The notes under the pieces are model-generated. The model searched no databases. It worked only from the letters and a program-made list of their open reading frames with translations, and had not been told where the DNA came from. Below, one piece after another: positions 18,301 through 31,379 of a stretch of 64,000 nucleotides of DNA (within the stretch, counting starts at the first letter, position 1; each line of letters starts with the position of its first letter). This DNA comes from Zygnema circumcarinatum SAG 698-1b (lineage: Eukaryota > Plantae > Zygnematophyceae): NCBI GenBank assembly GCA_037447605.1, contig CM074804.1, positions 124,001-188,000 of the forward strand. The letters are read 5' to 3'. The position numbers were made by a program, and so were the translations under genes.

Positions 18301-19767
18301 GGACCTTGTCCCCCTCCCACCCGGTCGTCGCGCCATCGGCTCTAAATGGGTATTTAAAATCAAACAAAAATCCGACGGCTCGGTTGACCGCTATAAAGCC
18401 CGTTTTGTAGCCAAGGGGTTCTCTCAGCTTGAAGGCATCGACTTCACCGAAACTTATGCCCCGGTGGCCAAATTCACCTCCATTCGCGTCCTCCTTGCTC
18501 TCTCCGCCACCCACGATTGGGAAATTCACCAGATGGATGTCAAAACCGCATTCCTCTACGGGGACCTTCAAGAAACGATCTTTATCGCCCGGCCCGGCGG
18601 GTAGCTGTCACTCCGGCGCCCGAACACCTCTTACGCGCCTCAACAAATCCATCCTCACGACCTCCGGCAAGCACCCGCAGCGTCACGGAACCGCGCACAG
18701 ATCGCGTCGCGCGCTGCCGCGCGGCTTCGATATCGGCAGCGATTTCGGCGGCATCTATCTTACCGTGGCGGTCAGACCCTCCTGCGTCCCCTTGCGTTTG
18801 CGTTGATGACCTCATTATCGTGGTCCCTCCCTTTCCCATTTCTGGACGCCAAATGCCTTTTCTCAGCTCATTTTGATACGACGGACTCCTAAAGGACCGT
18901 AATGGTGTCTCGGGATTCACGTCATTCGAGATCGGGCTGCTCGGACCCTTCACCTCAGTCAGGAAAAGTATGTTTCCGATCTCCTTGACCGTTTTGGGAT
19001 GGCCGCTTGCAACCCCATCTCCACCCCCCTGGACGCCCACATTCACCTTACCTCCCTTGTGGCTGGCTCCCCCGACCCCACGGAGCATGCCACTTACCGA
19101 TCCATCGTGGGCTCCCTTATGTATGCAATGTTGTGTACCCGGCCGACCCTAGGCGGCCGTCGGGCGGCTAAATAATACCTTCACACGCCCCTCTTACTTG
19201 CTCGCCCCAGTGGCGCCAGCGTGTCCATGGATTACCGCCGGGCGCAAAGCCACGAGCGCCCACCGCTACTCCTCCCCGGCTCCCCACGCCCCTCGTTGGA
19301 ATTTATTGTGACTCGGGGCCGGTGACCCGCTGAAACGTTAGGTTTACTGGCTGCGTGTTTTCTGCAGGCGGTGGCACTTATTTCATGGTCACTCACCGAG
19401 GCGGCCTACGGTGGCCACATCTTTATCACTGAGCCCGAGTATATGGCGCTCCGCACTTCTTTGCGCGAAGAGGTTTGTTTGGCTCCGATCCCTCCTCTCC
19501 AACCTCACCTTCCCTCCCCCTCACGCTACCACCGTCTTCACGGACTCTCAAGGTGCCCTTGCCCTCATGCAAAACCCCGTGCACCATCAACGTACCAAAC
19601 ACATCGACATTCAGTTCCACTTCACTCGGGACAAGATTGAAGACGGCACCCTTACCTTCCTCTACTGTCCTACCGGCAAGCAGACCGCCGATTTTCTTAC
19701 CAAGGCCTTACATCGGCCGGCTTTTGAGCTTCACCGCTCTTCTGCCGGACTCCACACTTTCGAATGA
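15309..19767 (+). pseudogene. Copia gag-pol with multiple frameshifts
   Basis: Zinc knuckle CRYCKEQTHVKDNC, protease WLIDSGASHH, integrase WHLRFGHL, HSDVCGP, LRTDNGGEF and QNGVAERFNRT in ORF 15615-18410. RT (KARFVAKGFSQ, HQMDVKTAFL) and RNase H (KHIDIQFHF) lie in other frames. Confidence 0.92.
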
Positions 19768-19774
19768 GAGGGAG

Positions 19775-20089
19775 TGTTGAGAATCCGACATTCTCAGTTT
19801 TGTCGTACTATTTTGTCGTTTTCCCAGCCACGTGTACTTACACCTGGCTGTCCTTTTAGCTTGTACTTTCACTGTTAGTTTAGTTGTGCCTTTGCGGCTC
19901 TGTGCTTACACCCAGCCGCCCTTACTCAGGCTAGTTCCACACTCTTTTGTCGTGTAGCTCTAGCCGCAATGTATATAAAACAGATTAGGACATTGTACTT
20001 TTTACCACGTTAATCACACATCTGTCTTTTGTGTCAACTCTCTCTGTCCTCACTTTGATCGTACAATGTCCACTCCGTCTTTTTCAATA
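19775..20089 (+). repeat. 3' LTR
   Basis: Copy of 14978-15292, followed directly by the TSD ATCTC. Confidence 0.95.
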
Positions 20090-20411
20090 ATCTCCCCCCC
20101 TCCCTCTCTCTTTCTCTCTCTCTGGCGCCATGGCGAACCTTTTCGCTTTACTTTGCGTTTTGAGAGTCGCGAACACCTAGCAAGCATCAAATAGAGAAAT
20201 CAATGCGTCGATTGCGTCTCTATGTTTGGTCAGCAATCAAATTATAAAAATATAGGGCAAAATTAGTGTGCAATTAGGATTCTACAGCGCTAAAAAGCCC
20301 TGTGGTGGTCCCAGAATCTCGTTTCAGACCTGCTCTCCCTCTCCTCCGTGCCCGCATCCGCTCCCTCTTCGCACCCCACCGCCCCCGCCCCCGGTCGCTC
20401 CCTCCTCCGCC

Positions 20412-22479
20412 ATGGACGGCGACGACTCGGTCCATTACCTCCCGGCGGCCAGCGGTGACGACGCGCGGCAGCAGCATGAGCATGAGCGCAGCGGCGTGGC
20501 ACATACCTTCAGCAACGTGATCATCTCCATATTGGGGGCGGGTGTGCTCGGCCTACCGTACGCCTTCAGCCGCAGCGGCTGGCTCATGGGGGCCGGGGCG
20601 GTCTGTCTCTGTGGAGGCATCTGCTACTACAGCATGCTGCTGCTGGTCGGCCCAGAAATCTCTTAAAACCTTAAATTTCTGAAACTTTCTTTGTTCTCAT
20701 GTTTGAAGCCGAAAACATTGCGAGTTTATGGCTCTGAAGCGGTGAAGCCAGTTAAGTGATGACATCTGCAGGCCTGAATCCATTTAAGTTCCTCAAGGAT
20801 ATTAGAAATGCAACGCATTGAAACTTTAAAGAACCCTTCGGAAATTCTGTTTTTTAATAAAATTCCGAACTTGCCAGACTCAAGGCTGCTACATTTGAAT
20901 GGTCTCTTTGTTTTGACGTTTCTTGAAATTTTGAACCTTCGTTTAAATTTATTTTTCATTCCTGAAGCAACGTGAATCGGACACCTCTTTGCCCCTCCTA
21001 ACCCGAATCCTCCAGCCGCCAGCAGCTCCCTCTATAAACTTACATTTCCAACCACTTCCCCCTCCTCTCGAACCATTCACAAGCGCAGCCTTTGGGGAGA
21101 GAAGAAAGAAACGAAAGAAAAAACCAAATAATTTAACCAATCTTTTTTTGAGCGTAACTAAACCAATTTGTATTTGCATGTCTTATTCCACTGCTCCTTG
21201 CAGGTGCTCTGCCGTCAGAAGCTCCGGTCAGCAGGCAATGATAATATTTGGTCTTATGGAGACCTCGGGTTCCATGCATACGGCCGTTCCGGGCAACGGA
21301 CTGTTGACATTTTTGTCCTTTTATCTCAAGGCGGCTGCTGCGTTTCCTACCTCCTCTTCATTGGCCAAAATCTCGCATCTATTTTTCGCCTCCCGTGGGC
21401 AAGCAAGCCGGCGTTCATTCTGCTCCTCGCTCCCTTTCAGGTCGTTTAAATTGAAGAAAAAAATAAAGCAACAACAACAGCAATCAACAATGGATTGGCC
21501 TTTCCTGCTCCTGCTTCGTTTGCCTTAAGCAAGAGCATATGTAAGGGAGGCTGTGAGAGAAGCTTGAATGCTACACATAGACTTTAAACTGATAACCTGA
21601 CGTCATCTTATTTTGTGGCATCAGGTCCTCCTCGCGTGGGTGCGCTCTCTTGCGGGGCTCGCCCCCTTCAGCATTCTTGCTGACGTCACTAACCTTATAG
21701 CCATGGCCATAGTGATTGGGGACGATTGGGCGACGCCGGGAAAGTTTTCACAAATCGAACCCTTTACGACATTTCAAACCGTGCCTTTCGCCCTTGGAGT
21801 TGCCTGCTACTGCTTTGAAGGCTTCTCCATGACCCTCCCCCTGGAGGCTTCCATGAAGGATCCTCGCCAGTTCCCAAAAACTCTTGGCTTCGCCATGTTC
21901 TGCATCACGGCTCTCTATGTCTGCTTCGGCATCTCCGGATATGTGGCATTCGGTAACAAAACTGAAGAAATTATCACTTTGAATCTTCCCAATGACTGGA
22001 CCACCATTGGGGTCAAGCTCGGCCTCTGCTTCGGCCTCTTCTTCACGTTCCCTGTAATGCTCCATCCAGTATACGAAATATTCGAGCGGTGGCTGCTCGG
22101 TTCCATGTGGTTCAAGAAGACTGTCGAACCAAATCTTTACATGGAAATCGTTTTCAAAGCCCTCCGGATGGCTGTGGTCCTCCTTGCAGCCGTGACAGCG
22201 GTCTACGTCCCCGGGTTTGCGACCTTTTGTGGCTTCCTTGGAGCCTCGGTCTGTGCTATGTTGGCCTTCGTTCTGCCCTCCGTAATTCACATGCGCATCT
22301 TTTGGGCAGATTTGGGGAAGCTCGTGTTTACCATCGACTTGTTTCTCGTTTTTTTTGGCGTATTGTTTGCGCTGTATGGGACATATGACACCATCGTGGG
22401 GATGTATGCGGAGCAGCCTTCGTCACCAGTTGCGCTGTCCATGGCGAGCACCCCGTTCATGGCGATGGCTCGCATGTAA
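20412..22479 (+). CDS. Amino-acid/auxin permease family transporter (ANT/AVT3-like), 3 exons: 20412-20645, 21204-21440, 21625-22479
   Basis: NVIISILGAGVLGLPYAF, SYGDLG, YCFEGFSMTLPLEASMKD, FTFPVMLHP, VPGFATF and AFVLP motifs with multiple hydrophobic segments. Confidence 0.92.
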
Positions 22480-23280
22480 CTCTAGGAAGTGGTGCAGCAA
22501 TTTTATATTTCTTCATGAACAGTTGTTTTGTGAAGGCAATTTTGACTCGAAAGGTAGAGTGTACACTTAGGCATTTGCGGCATTTTTTAGAGAACCTATC
22601 TGTGTATATAAACGCGGCAAAAGGCCGTCGTTTCTCTGACCATAATTGCAATCCCAGTACGCAATTAAATGCCGGCCATTGCTGTGCTCTGACACTGGAC
22701 TGTGGCATGTACGGTTGCTGCTTTAAAATGTGAGACCTGATCTGACGAGGTATGAAGGCATGCTCGGGGATGTGCCAATGTCCGGTTGGAAGCCACAACT
22801 AGAAGACAAGATTTTAAGAGGATATGAGTATCAAACATGCAGGATTCTGCATATGGTGTCCTTTGACAGGTCTGTGACTTTTGCAGTTTGCTTGGATGAG
22901 ATTTCAACAGCATTGATGGATGGTCTGAGGAACCTCAGCATCCTCTTCCTGAATTCACTTGAACATAGATCATGCCATGCCATCATGCCATGGCATGGCA
23001 TGACACATGATGCCAACTAGCTACCATATGTGAGTGAGAGAGAGTCCAGTGATACCACAAGATTAATAACCAGCTTTTCACTGAAGTCTGGTTAGTCATC
23101 TAACCAGACTAAGTTATCAACAAAGCCAGAAGACTGGACAAGGAACTGTACGGATGGAAATTCATCTGTACGACTCCGTACAAGGTGCACAGCGGAAGGA
23201 GAGAGGCGGGCAGTTAGGGCTAAGGGCCGACCGTTGGAAGCGCTGAGGGGCAGCTGCAGCTGTGAGCGGAGGCGGCAGCC

Positions 23281-26200
23281 ATGGTGGCCGTTAGATGGCA
23301 GCTCTCCCACCAGCATCGTCATCTCGCGGCCTCCCCGAGGCCGACGTTTGGTTGTCGATTGCGCTCTGCGGCTGCGCAGGTCTCCGTTTTCCGTCTTTCT
23401 CCACCGATTTCCTTAAGCTGCAATGGAGCAGAACCGGTAACACTTTCTCCACTTTCACTTTTCTTTGCATGTTTCTGATTTCTCGTTGGAAAGGAAGCTG
23501 ATAATTTGCATAATTTATATCATAATCTCTCTTGTCCTTGTAATATTCTTAATGTTTATCGTATGCATTTATCTTTTAAACAGTGTAACGTTATTGACGC
23601 ATCTGCATTATCACCACAGCAGAAGTTAACCATTCAAGTGACCTGTATTTAAACTTTCTTTAATCCGTTCATTAATAGTCGGTGCAATTTTCAAGTTCGT
23701 ACTATAATGCTTTCCTGTTAGCATTCGCGTGAAATGCAGTTCGAAGTTTTGGAGTTTAAGCGCTTCGACGGCGAGGCCGCCACGGCTGCGGCTGCTATAT
23801 CGGCTTTGGCGAGGAAGAGCTTACATGATTCGACGCCTTCAGCACTCCGAGGACGCGCCGTCCTGCTGCTTTCAGATGTTTTTAGGGTTCTACAGGAAGA
23901 TGGAAATGTTGGAGAAGACACATATACATTGAAGGCTGGAAGTGAATCCATGGCCTTTTTGGCCAAGGCCGGAGCTCGAGTGGTGGTCGCAGGCCACTGG
24001 CAACGGAACAGACGGCTTCCATGTGATGATTCCCGTTCACTTCGTGCAATAGCAGGTGCCAGTTTCTAGCACTGGGAACCTCTCTTTCCGAAAGACCAGT
24101 TGTATGAATGAAGCTAGTCTGCATTATGATAATCTTACGATTGTTCTGATCGAAGCTACAATTTTTGGGTGGACAGTTTTTCCTGAAGTGAATGTTTGTT
24201 GCGTTGTTGTACTCATTGCAGATGCTTTGGAAGCCATTCTTGAAACTCCGGTGGCGTGCGCCTCAGCCTGCATTGGAGCTTCAGTAAAAAAATCAATCAA
24301 GTCCATGCCACCTGGCAGCGTGCTGCTGCTGCCACCTATAAATAAGCATAAGGAAGACGTTTCAAATAATGCGAAATTTGCCAGAGAACTGGTAGAGGAA
24401 CTTGATGTTTTAGTGAACGACGCATTTTCCAGCTGCCACCGAGCACTAGCTTCCACGGTAGGGGTAGCACCATATGTGGATGAATGTATGGCGGGGTTTC
24501 GACTTCACAAGGAGCTGCAAGCGATTGATCGAATCGTATCACGGACTGGACGTCCTTTAGTGGCCATTGCAAGTACCCTCTCGGCCCTTTTTATCTCCAC
24601 ATCAAATATGTAAGCAAAAAATGGCGAGACTAGTATGTTATAAAGAACATGCAATCTATAATATGAAGGTTTGAGAAGTTTAGAGTTGATGCTGTTGATT
24701 TGGAGATCGGTAAGGAGAGAACATCAAATCCATCGGATCTTGCTAAGAGGACTCGTAGCCCTAGAGTCAGGCTAGGGTCAATGCTCTTCTTTCACCTATC
24801 TCTCCTTTAAGGTCAAGCTTCATCCTTTTGGCAGGCTCGCACAAGGAAGGATACGCAGCACTTTTATGTTGTTAAAACCACGCTTAGGCTACTTGGCTCT
24901 AAACGAAGATTTCGAAGCCAAGGCCAATTCTCATCCACGTTCTTTTTCCACAATTAAGACTGATCTCTCTCGTGCAGGTGGGAGGATCTCAAGTTTCGAC
25001 ACGGCTGCCTCTTCTACGGGCTCTGGTTGAGCACAGTGATCGCATTCTGGCTGTGGGGCCAATAGCTCCTCTGCTAGCAGGAGCATATCAGAATGAATCT
25101 TCAACTTGGGCTAATTCTGCACATTCGGAGTCCGAGTTGAGTTCAAACGAAGTCGGATCATTCCTCCACTATGCTGCGAAAAAAGGGTTGACTCCGTGCT
25201 TTCCGTCCATATCTCTAACAGAGATCGGCCCTCCAAGTGAGCTGCAAGGGACTCCTGAAGCTGTGGCATCGAACGAGGGATCTCTACCAGGTTCTTTACA
25301 TTCTCTCCATTTTCTTTTTCTCTACCTTTGTTCTGCTTTTGCTGACCATCACGAGCCACTTGCTTATTTCTGCTTAAACGTGCGCCACACAATCCCTTTT
25401 ATGCGTGTTAGCTGTTCTCCTTCATTTCAGTTCTTTTTTGTTTTGAGATTAGAGAAGTCTTTATCGTCGCAATAATGAAGTCTTTATCGTCGCAATAATG
25501 AAGTCAGTATTTCTATTTGTTGATAGGGATCCTCTCTCCTACAACACTTACATGCAGCAGGGAAGTCCAAGTGGCAAGATTCTTCAAAGGCAGTAGGGTA
25601 CACTTTTCCTTCCTTACACTTTCTACCTTAAAAAACATTCAAAATTTTATCACAATTTAAAGTCCATGGTAGTGCCTGGACAGTCATCTGAAACCTGCCT
25701 GTATCATCCTTTTGTGGCGTTCCCTACTCTAATGCATGAAGTGACCATCCTTAATTATTGAAAGCTAGAACCATTCTTAATGCTAGACACGTGCGTGACG
25801 GCGCTTGCAGACCATTTTATGGATGGGAGCCGCCTCTTCCCCAACATCCCTCGGAGGCAAGAAGGAGCTGAAAGTCCTAGCAGCTGCAGTGGCGATGCAT
25901 GCAGCACAGGGGAGGTGTGAGGTGGTAGTGGCCAGCAGAGAGGCCGCTTCATTGTTGAAGGAAATAGGAGTGTCTTATCAAAGTCCACACTTTCACTACC
26001 TCAGTGGAGGAACCGCACTTATGGAGCTTCTGCAGGGGAGACGGCTGCCAGGTCTCGCCGCTTTAGATCTTGTTCGTACCTGAACCCGTCCCCCTTTTGG
26101 GAGTGAGGGCGGGAGTGAGAGGTGGAGGAGAGGGGATATGAAAGGGTAGCAATAGGAAAGTCGAGTTCTCAGCATTTTCGTGGTTCTTTGGAAATTGTGG

Positions 26201-27922
26201 AGGAACAGGCAGATGCAGCAGTTCCTGTATGGAGTGAAGTCTTTGCGGATCCAACCCTGCCCCTTTCAGTGGACATTGGCTGTGGTGAGTTTTTTGTTTC
26301 CATTCATCGTTACGTTGGAGATTACGAGTTGCATGACTCTTTCTTCAGTTGTATAACCAAGGTTCTATGAGACGACAAAAGCTCTCTCTCCATTTCTGCC
26401 GCATGATTGTACCATGTGGGTATCTGCAGGTAATGGTGTTTTTCCACTCCAAATGGCCGCTCGTTTTCGAACGAGACGCAATTTCCTTGGCATCGAGATC
26501 ATCCAGAAGGTTAATGCGACTTTCATAAGCGCCGTTTCTCCTTTTTATGCAGTTGAGCGGCTTATTATGTATCATACTGATTGACGCCATGTGCATCCTG
26601 AGAAGAGCTGCAGAATAGAGACAGAGAAAGAAAGAAAGAAAGGAATTGGAAAACAGAAATCAATTTGATCTCTTTTGGTGGTGGCTGATCCTGCAGCTGG
26701 TGGAGCGCTGTGTGGTAGGAGCAAAGAGCCTGCGGCTGCCGAATGCGTAAGTGCAAAGTTAAGCAATGGGCGAAAGAGTGCATGGATTTGATTGAGCAGG
26801 GTGTGATGATGGTTTTAAAAGTTGTATCGTGGAATGATGTTTGAATTAGTATTGTCCTTTTCCATTTGTAGAGTTCAGGTTGGAGGTCAGATTTCAATCA
26901 TTATTTCCTCGGTGGTTTTTGAGTGCTACCTTTTGGAACCTTACAGTTGAGTTGGAGGATGCAATTTTGCAGACATTTTGTATCTGCCAATGCCACCCAT
27001 GCCCTTGGCCCTATTCTGAACTCCTATCCTGGCCCTCTCTCTCTGGTGGCGATACAGGTGACCCTCCAAAACTCATAAATTTCTAAAACCTCATGAACAC
27101 ATTTGTAAATCTTATTTGCTGGGAGAGGCTTTGCATTGCTGGTGTTTTCGTATGATTGGGATAGACACGGGTATGATGGACTTGAAACTGCAGTGAGACA
27201 GAAAGGAAGAAGAAAGGTTGGGGAGGGGGGGAGGGGGGATGAGCGGATTTAAGTGAGATGAATGTGCACGACGTTGGAAAATGTGTATTGACTTGGACTT
27301 GGGGGGTATGCAGTGTCCCGATCCGAGCTTTGCAAGACGGGATGACAGGTGGCGCATGCTCCAGCGCCCACTCATGGCTGCGATTGTGCGCCACCTTCAG
27401 CCGGGTGGGCTGGTGAGTGGTCGCAACAGAGAGAAGGAGGGGGGGGTTGAGGAGCTGAGGGGGAAGATAGAGGGAAAGACGGGGAAAGATCGAGATAGGG
27501 AGGGAGGTAGAGAAAACGGAAAGGAGGAGCGGAGATGGGGATGGAAGGGAAGGGAGTGATGGGGGAGAGGAGGGACGATAGGGGGAGAGAGGAAGAGCGC
27601 GAGCGCGAATTTCAAAGTGGTCAGTATTACAGGATGTTTCCTTCTCATGTTTGGTGATGGTTGTGGGGCATGAAAGCAGATATTTTTGCAGTCAGACATA
27701 GAGGAGGTGACAAGGAGAATGCAGCGGATGCTGGAAGGCTGCAGCAGGGGACTTGTTGAACTCAGTTCTCAGTATCATGGTCAAGGTAACAGCTATCTGT
27801 TGGAAAATCCATTCGACGCACCTACAGATTGGGAGGCACATGTGACCGCGAGAGGTGGTCCTATGTATCGAGTTATGTATGTAAAGCTGGACTCCGCTTT
27901 AGAACAGGATAGTGTTACATAG
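23281..27922 (+). CDS. Fusion protein: degenerate phosphoglycerate-kinase fold plus TrmB-type tRNA (guanine-N7) methyltransferase
   Basis: PGK-like exons (about 23721-24055, 24222-24568, 24978-25290, 25527-25597, 25811-26071: VNDAFSSCHRA, VGGSQVS, TILWMG, LSGGTALMELLQGRRLPGLAALD) splice in phase to TrmB exons (26209-26284, 26430-26509, 26697-26746, 26973-27057, 27314-27412, 27680-27922: VDIGCGNG, FLGIE, QCPDP, IFLQSD, PTDWE). The 5' exons are less certain. Confidence 0.85.
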
Positions 27923-28362
27923 ACGCACGGTTGTGTTCTACTAGGGGCTCAATGGTTGAGAGGTTTGCTTACCGTTTGGATGTATTGATATTTTTCATTC
28001 TCTTTGTCCTCGCCTCATTATGGAGTTCACGTTTCATGCAAGATTCCGCCAGTTGGGCAACTTGAGTGACCCAGAACGCAACATTCGTAACCGTGAGAAG
28101 AGACCACACTACTTTTCGCTCTGATTGACATTTTTTGTTGCCCAATACAAGCGACGAAGACTTTAAGACACGCAGTATGACTAACAGCCAAGCTCCCATT
28201 TTCCTGCCCTAACCGTAAGCAACCACTTCTGGTAAACCGTCATCCATTGGGGCACTCACTGACTGCAGCCGCTGCCTGTAACCCTGCTATAGCGGTGCTT
28301 GCTTGAGAGAGATGGGAAGAGCCACGGACGGCGTCGAGGACGTCACGGACGCCTTTCTTCGA

Positions 28363-28488
28363 GTACCGACGGCTCGAGTTTTACCCCCGAAGGATCAGTA
28401 CGGACAAGTCAGTTGATGGCCGTACGGTACAGCGCCCGTGGCTGCAAGTTGCGAGGTGCGGTCCGGGCCGTACCGTACGAAGGCGTAC
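28363..28488. promoter_or_regulatory. GTAC motif cluster (7 copies) upstream of the hydrolase gene
   Basis: Counted by eye. Function is inferred. Confidence 0.35.
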
Positions 28489-28874
28489 GGCCTTGGGCTG
28501 AGCGCGAGCAGTGGCAGTGGGCCTGCAACGCTGGGCGGCCCCTCACTTGCAGGAAACTGCTGCGTGCTGGGAAGGAATCGCTCTCATCAAAAGAGTGAAT
28601 AGAGAATCATCTGATGGTAGGAATGATACCTGATTAATTCTATGATATTTAGGGTAAGGTTGCATGCTGTACTTTTTGTATCAAAGCGCAGGATTCTGAT
28701 GGCGAAGCTGCTGATGCAAGAGGAGGTTGTCAAGCGGACAGGTGATGATGGTGATAGCTGATCAAATTGATCATTTTTTTCGGAGCTGAATAATTTTGAG
28801 GTTCTTATTTTTCATATTTCTGAATTTGCAGATATTGAAGTGCGGAGCAGCTACAGTGAAGAACTCTGGGAGCA

Positions 28875-30627
28875 ATGTCTACCGAGAGCAGCAATATCTC
28901 TGATGGGGTGACTAAATATGCGTACCTTGAAGGCGGAAGAAAAGTGGCTTATTTAGAGAAAGGATGTAATAAAGCGGAAGCGCAGAACTGTCTTCTCGTT
29001 CTGCACGGTGTCGGCTCTTCACGGCTCGCGAACATGCCTGGTGAGTCTTGAAGGGTGTCTTGCTTCAAGTGAAAAAGAATTGGACGGAAAAATTACGAGG
29101 TTTATAATTATTGAGTATTTGAATGCAGGTGATTTGCTTTCTTTTCCTTAACAGATGCTTGCAAGAGTGACATCAAGCGTAGAGTTAGCAGTGCTTTCAA
29201 GCTAAAAACGTTACCAGTTTGATGGTCAAGTAAAAAGCTACATTTAGCAGATACAAGAAGATTTCCCTCAAGAAGAGATTTGTTTGACGGTGTAAACAAC
29301 CTTCCGTTGTCCTTTTAGCACGAAAACTCTGACGTTTGGCACGCTCGTCGCTGACTTTGATCATTGCTTGAACGCCTGCTTGCAGGAGTTAATGATAGGC
29401 TTCTGCAGGAATTTAAGGTGCGGCTGGTTTCTATTGACAGAGCAGGCTACGGACGTTCTGATCCCGCACACGACTTAACACTCGAGTCCGCTGCTCGGGA
29501 CATTGCGAATCTCGGAGACGTTCTCGAACTGGGCGACAAGTTTTGGCTGCTTGGATATTCAGGCGGCGGAGCTTACTGCTGGGCTGCTGCTCGGTACATT
29601 CCTGAGCGCGTGCAAGGAATCGCACTTTGGGCGCCCATTGGCAATTATCATTGGCAGGTGATCACTGTCAGTCCTGTAGCATGCCCAATACCCAATATGT
29701 GTACGTGAGATTTATCATATGCGGTTGGTACTTACTGCGTTGCCGGTTGCTGATGCATTTGGTGCAAATGTGTGCTCTTTTCCTGAATTCGAATCTACCG
29801 CTGCTTCTATGTGATTTACAGGGCATTACAGACACCGCCCGCCTTGAAATGTTCAGTCATGCAAGAAGCGTCACCCGTTGGCTCATGAACATGGGCGGCT
29901 CGGTGCCTGGATGGATCACTCGTTTCTTTGTTGGCAGCTTTATCGTGCCGTTATCTGGAACTCCGTGGATGAGAAGGTGCCAGACAAGACTATCACTTCC
30001 AGACCGCAATCATTTGGCAGATCCTCGTGCAGCCGACATGATGGTGCGGGACAATCTTGAGTCGCTTGCCATGGGGAGGGCCGGAGCAGGCATGGCGAAG
30101 GTACACATTGGAATGCGTCCCTTTTCCACCACTTTCTCTTAAGTTCACGTTATTACTTGTATACTCGTTAATGTCTTCACCATCTTGTAACAAACCGATC
30201 ATGTTGAGGAATGAGATAGGTTCTGTAAGTCAATTCTTCCTTGCGAATCTTACCTTGCATTCAGGATTTGGAACTTTTCAACCGCCCCTGGGGCTTCGAG
30301 CTATCGGATATTGGGAATAAGTTTCCTGGTCCCATTCACATCTGGCAAGGAGAGGAGGATTGGCTCGTACCTGTGACACTTCAGCGTCATGTCGCACGCA
30401 GTCTTCCTAGCATAGTTCACTTACACGAACTACCCGGAGAAGGCCACTTATCGTGGTTCTGCTTCAACGACGAAAGTCACAGGAAAGTCCTATCGACTCT
30501 TTTTGGAGGCTCGTCTGCAAATTCTGTGCAAGGAGCTACTGGAGTGGAGGGAGTTGTGGAGGGAACAAGCCGGGACGTCAGCGTTCAAGTGAAAACGGAA
30601 AAAGGCGCTATTTTTGGGAAGTTATGA
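28875..30627 (+). CDS. Alpha/beta-fold hydrolase, 4 exons: 28875-29040, 29386-29657, 29822-30100, 30265-30627
   Basis: LHGVGSSR, DRAGYGRSD, nucleophile elbow GYSGGG, WQGEEDWLVP and GEGHLS motifs. Confidence 0.9.
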
Positions 30628-31201
30628 CCTTCAGCTTTTTTAGAAACCTTGGTTTATCTTTGATGCTGCTTTGGCGGTCAAAGGATTCCGAGCGCGATTA
30701 GTTGGAAGCTTAAAACTGCACGGTTTTGCAGAGGGAGGAAGAGATGCAGTGTTAGTTAGACTCGAAGGAGAAGGTGCGAGTTGGAACTGTTTGGTTGAAC
30801 CGGAGGCTCATTGTGTCCTGGCGGCAGCCGTAACTCTTGCGAGGACGTTAGGCTGTTAGCGGCGCTGCTCAAGCTCGTGCTTCAGCTGCCGTTGACATGG
30901 CGGACTCCATGCCCCTCTCCACCCCTGTGTGTGCTCGCGCCCGCCCACTGGTCCGTTGGACTTCGTTCGACCATCGCCACTTTTGCACGAGTGTGAACAA
31001 GACGGCGTCGCCATAGAGAGGTCGATCTTGCCAATCCACCCATCGTATCAGTGTGAACTGTGAAAGCGGTCCTCCACTGCGAGGCAGAGCCGAGTCACAG
31101 TCTGCGAATGTGCCTCGCCCCTCACCGTGTGTCCTCCCTCCTCCACTGCTCAGTATGGTCCCATAGATTCGATTTCACCTTCACTTTTTTTTGGGTGGCG
31201 G

Positions 31202-31379
31202 CATTCACTTCGGCAGCAGGCGGAGTGCCGCGTGTGCCGTATCGTACGGACAGGGCGCGCGTGCGTTTGTAACTTACAAACGCACTTACACATTCACTTC
31301 GGCAGCAGGCGGAGTGCCGCGTGTGCCGTATCGTACGGACAGGGCGCGCGTGCGTTTGTAACTTACAAACGCACTTACA
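31202..31379. repeat. 89-bp tandem duplication; each unit carries the 25-bp palindrome GTGCGTTTGTAA-C-TTACAAACGCAC
   Basis: Units at 31202-31290 and 31291-31379, read directly. Confidence 0.92.

Larger units (their letters stand above)
14978..20089 (+). mobile_element. Full-length Ty1/copia LTR retrotransposon (5112 bp) with 5-bp TSD ATCTC at 14973-14977 and 20090-20094
   Basis: Two 315-bp LTRs, PBS GGTTATGGGCCC at 15293-15304, purine tract GAGAGGGAG at 19766-19774, and gag-PR-IN-RT-RH domain order. Confidence 0.97.

Noticed and set aside
30671-31160. Short ORFs on both strands after the hydrolase
   Set aside because: No motifs or consistent splice structure.
31202-31379. 89-bp direct repeats considered as a CRISPR-like array
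   Set aside because: Only two adjacent units, no spacers, no cas genes, eukaryotic context.
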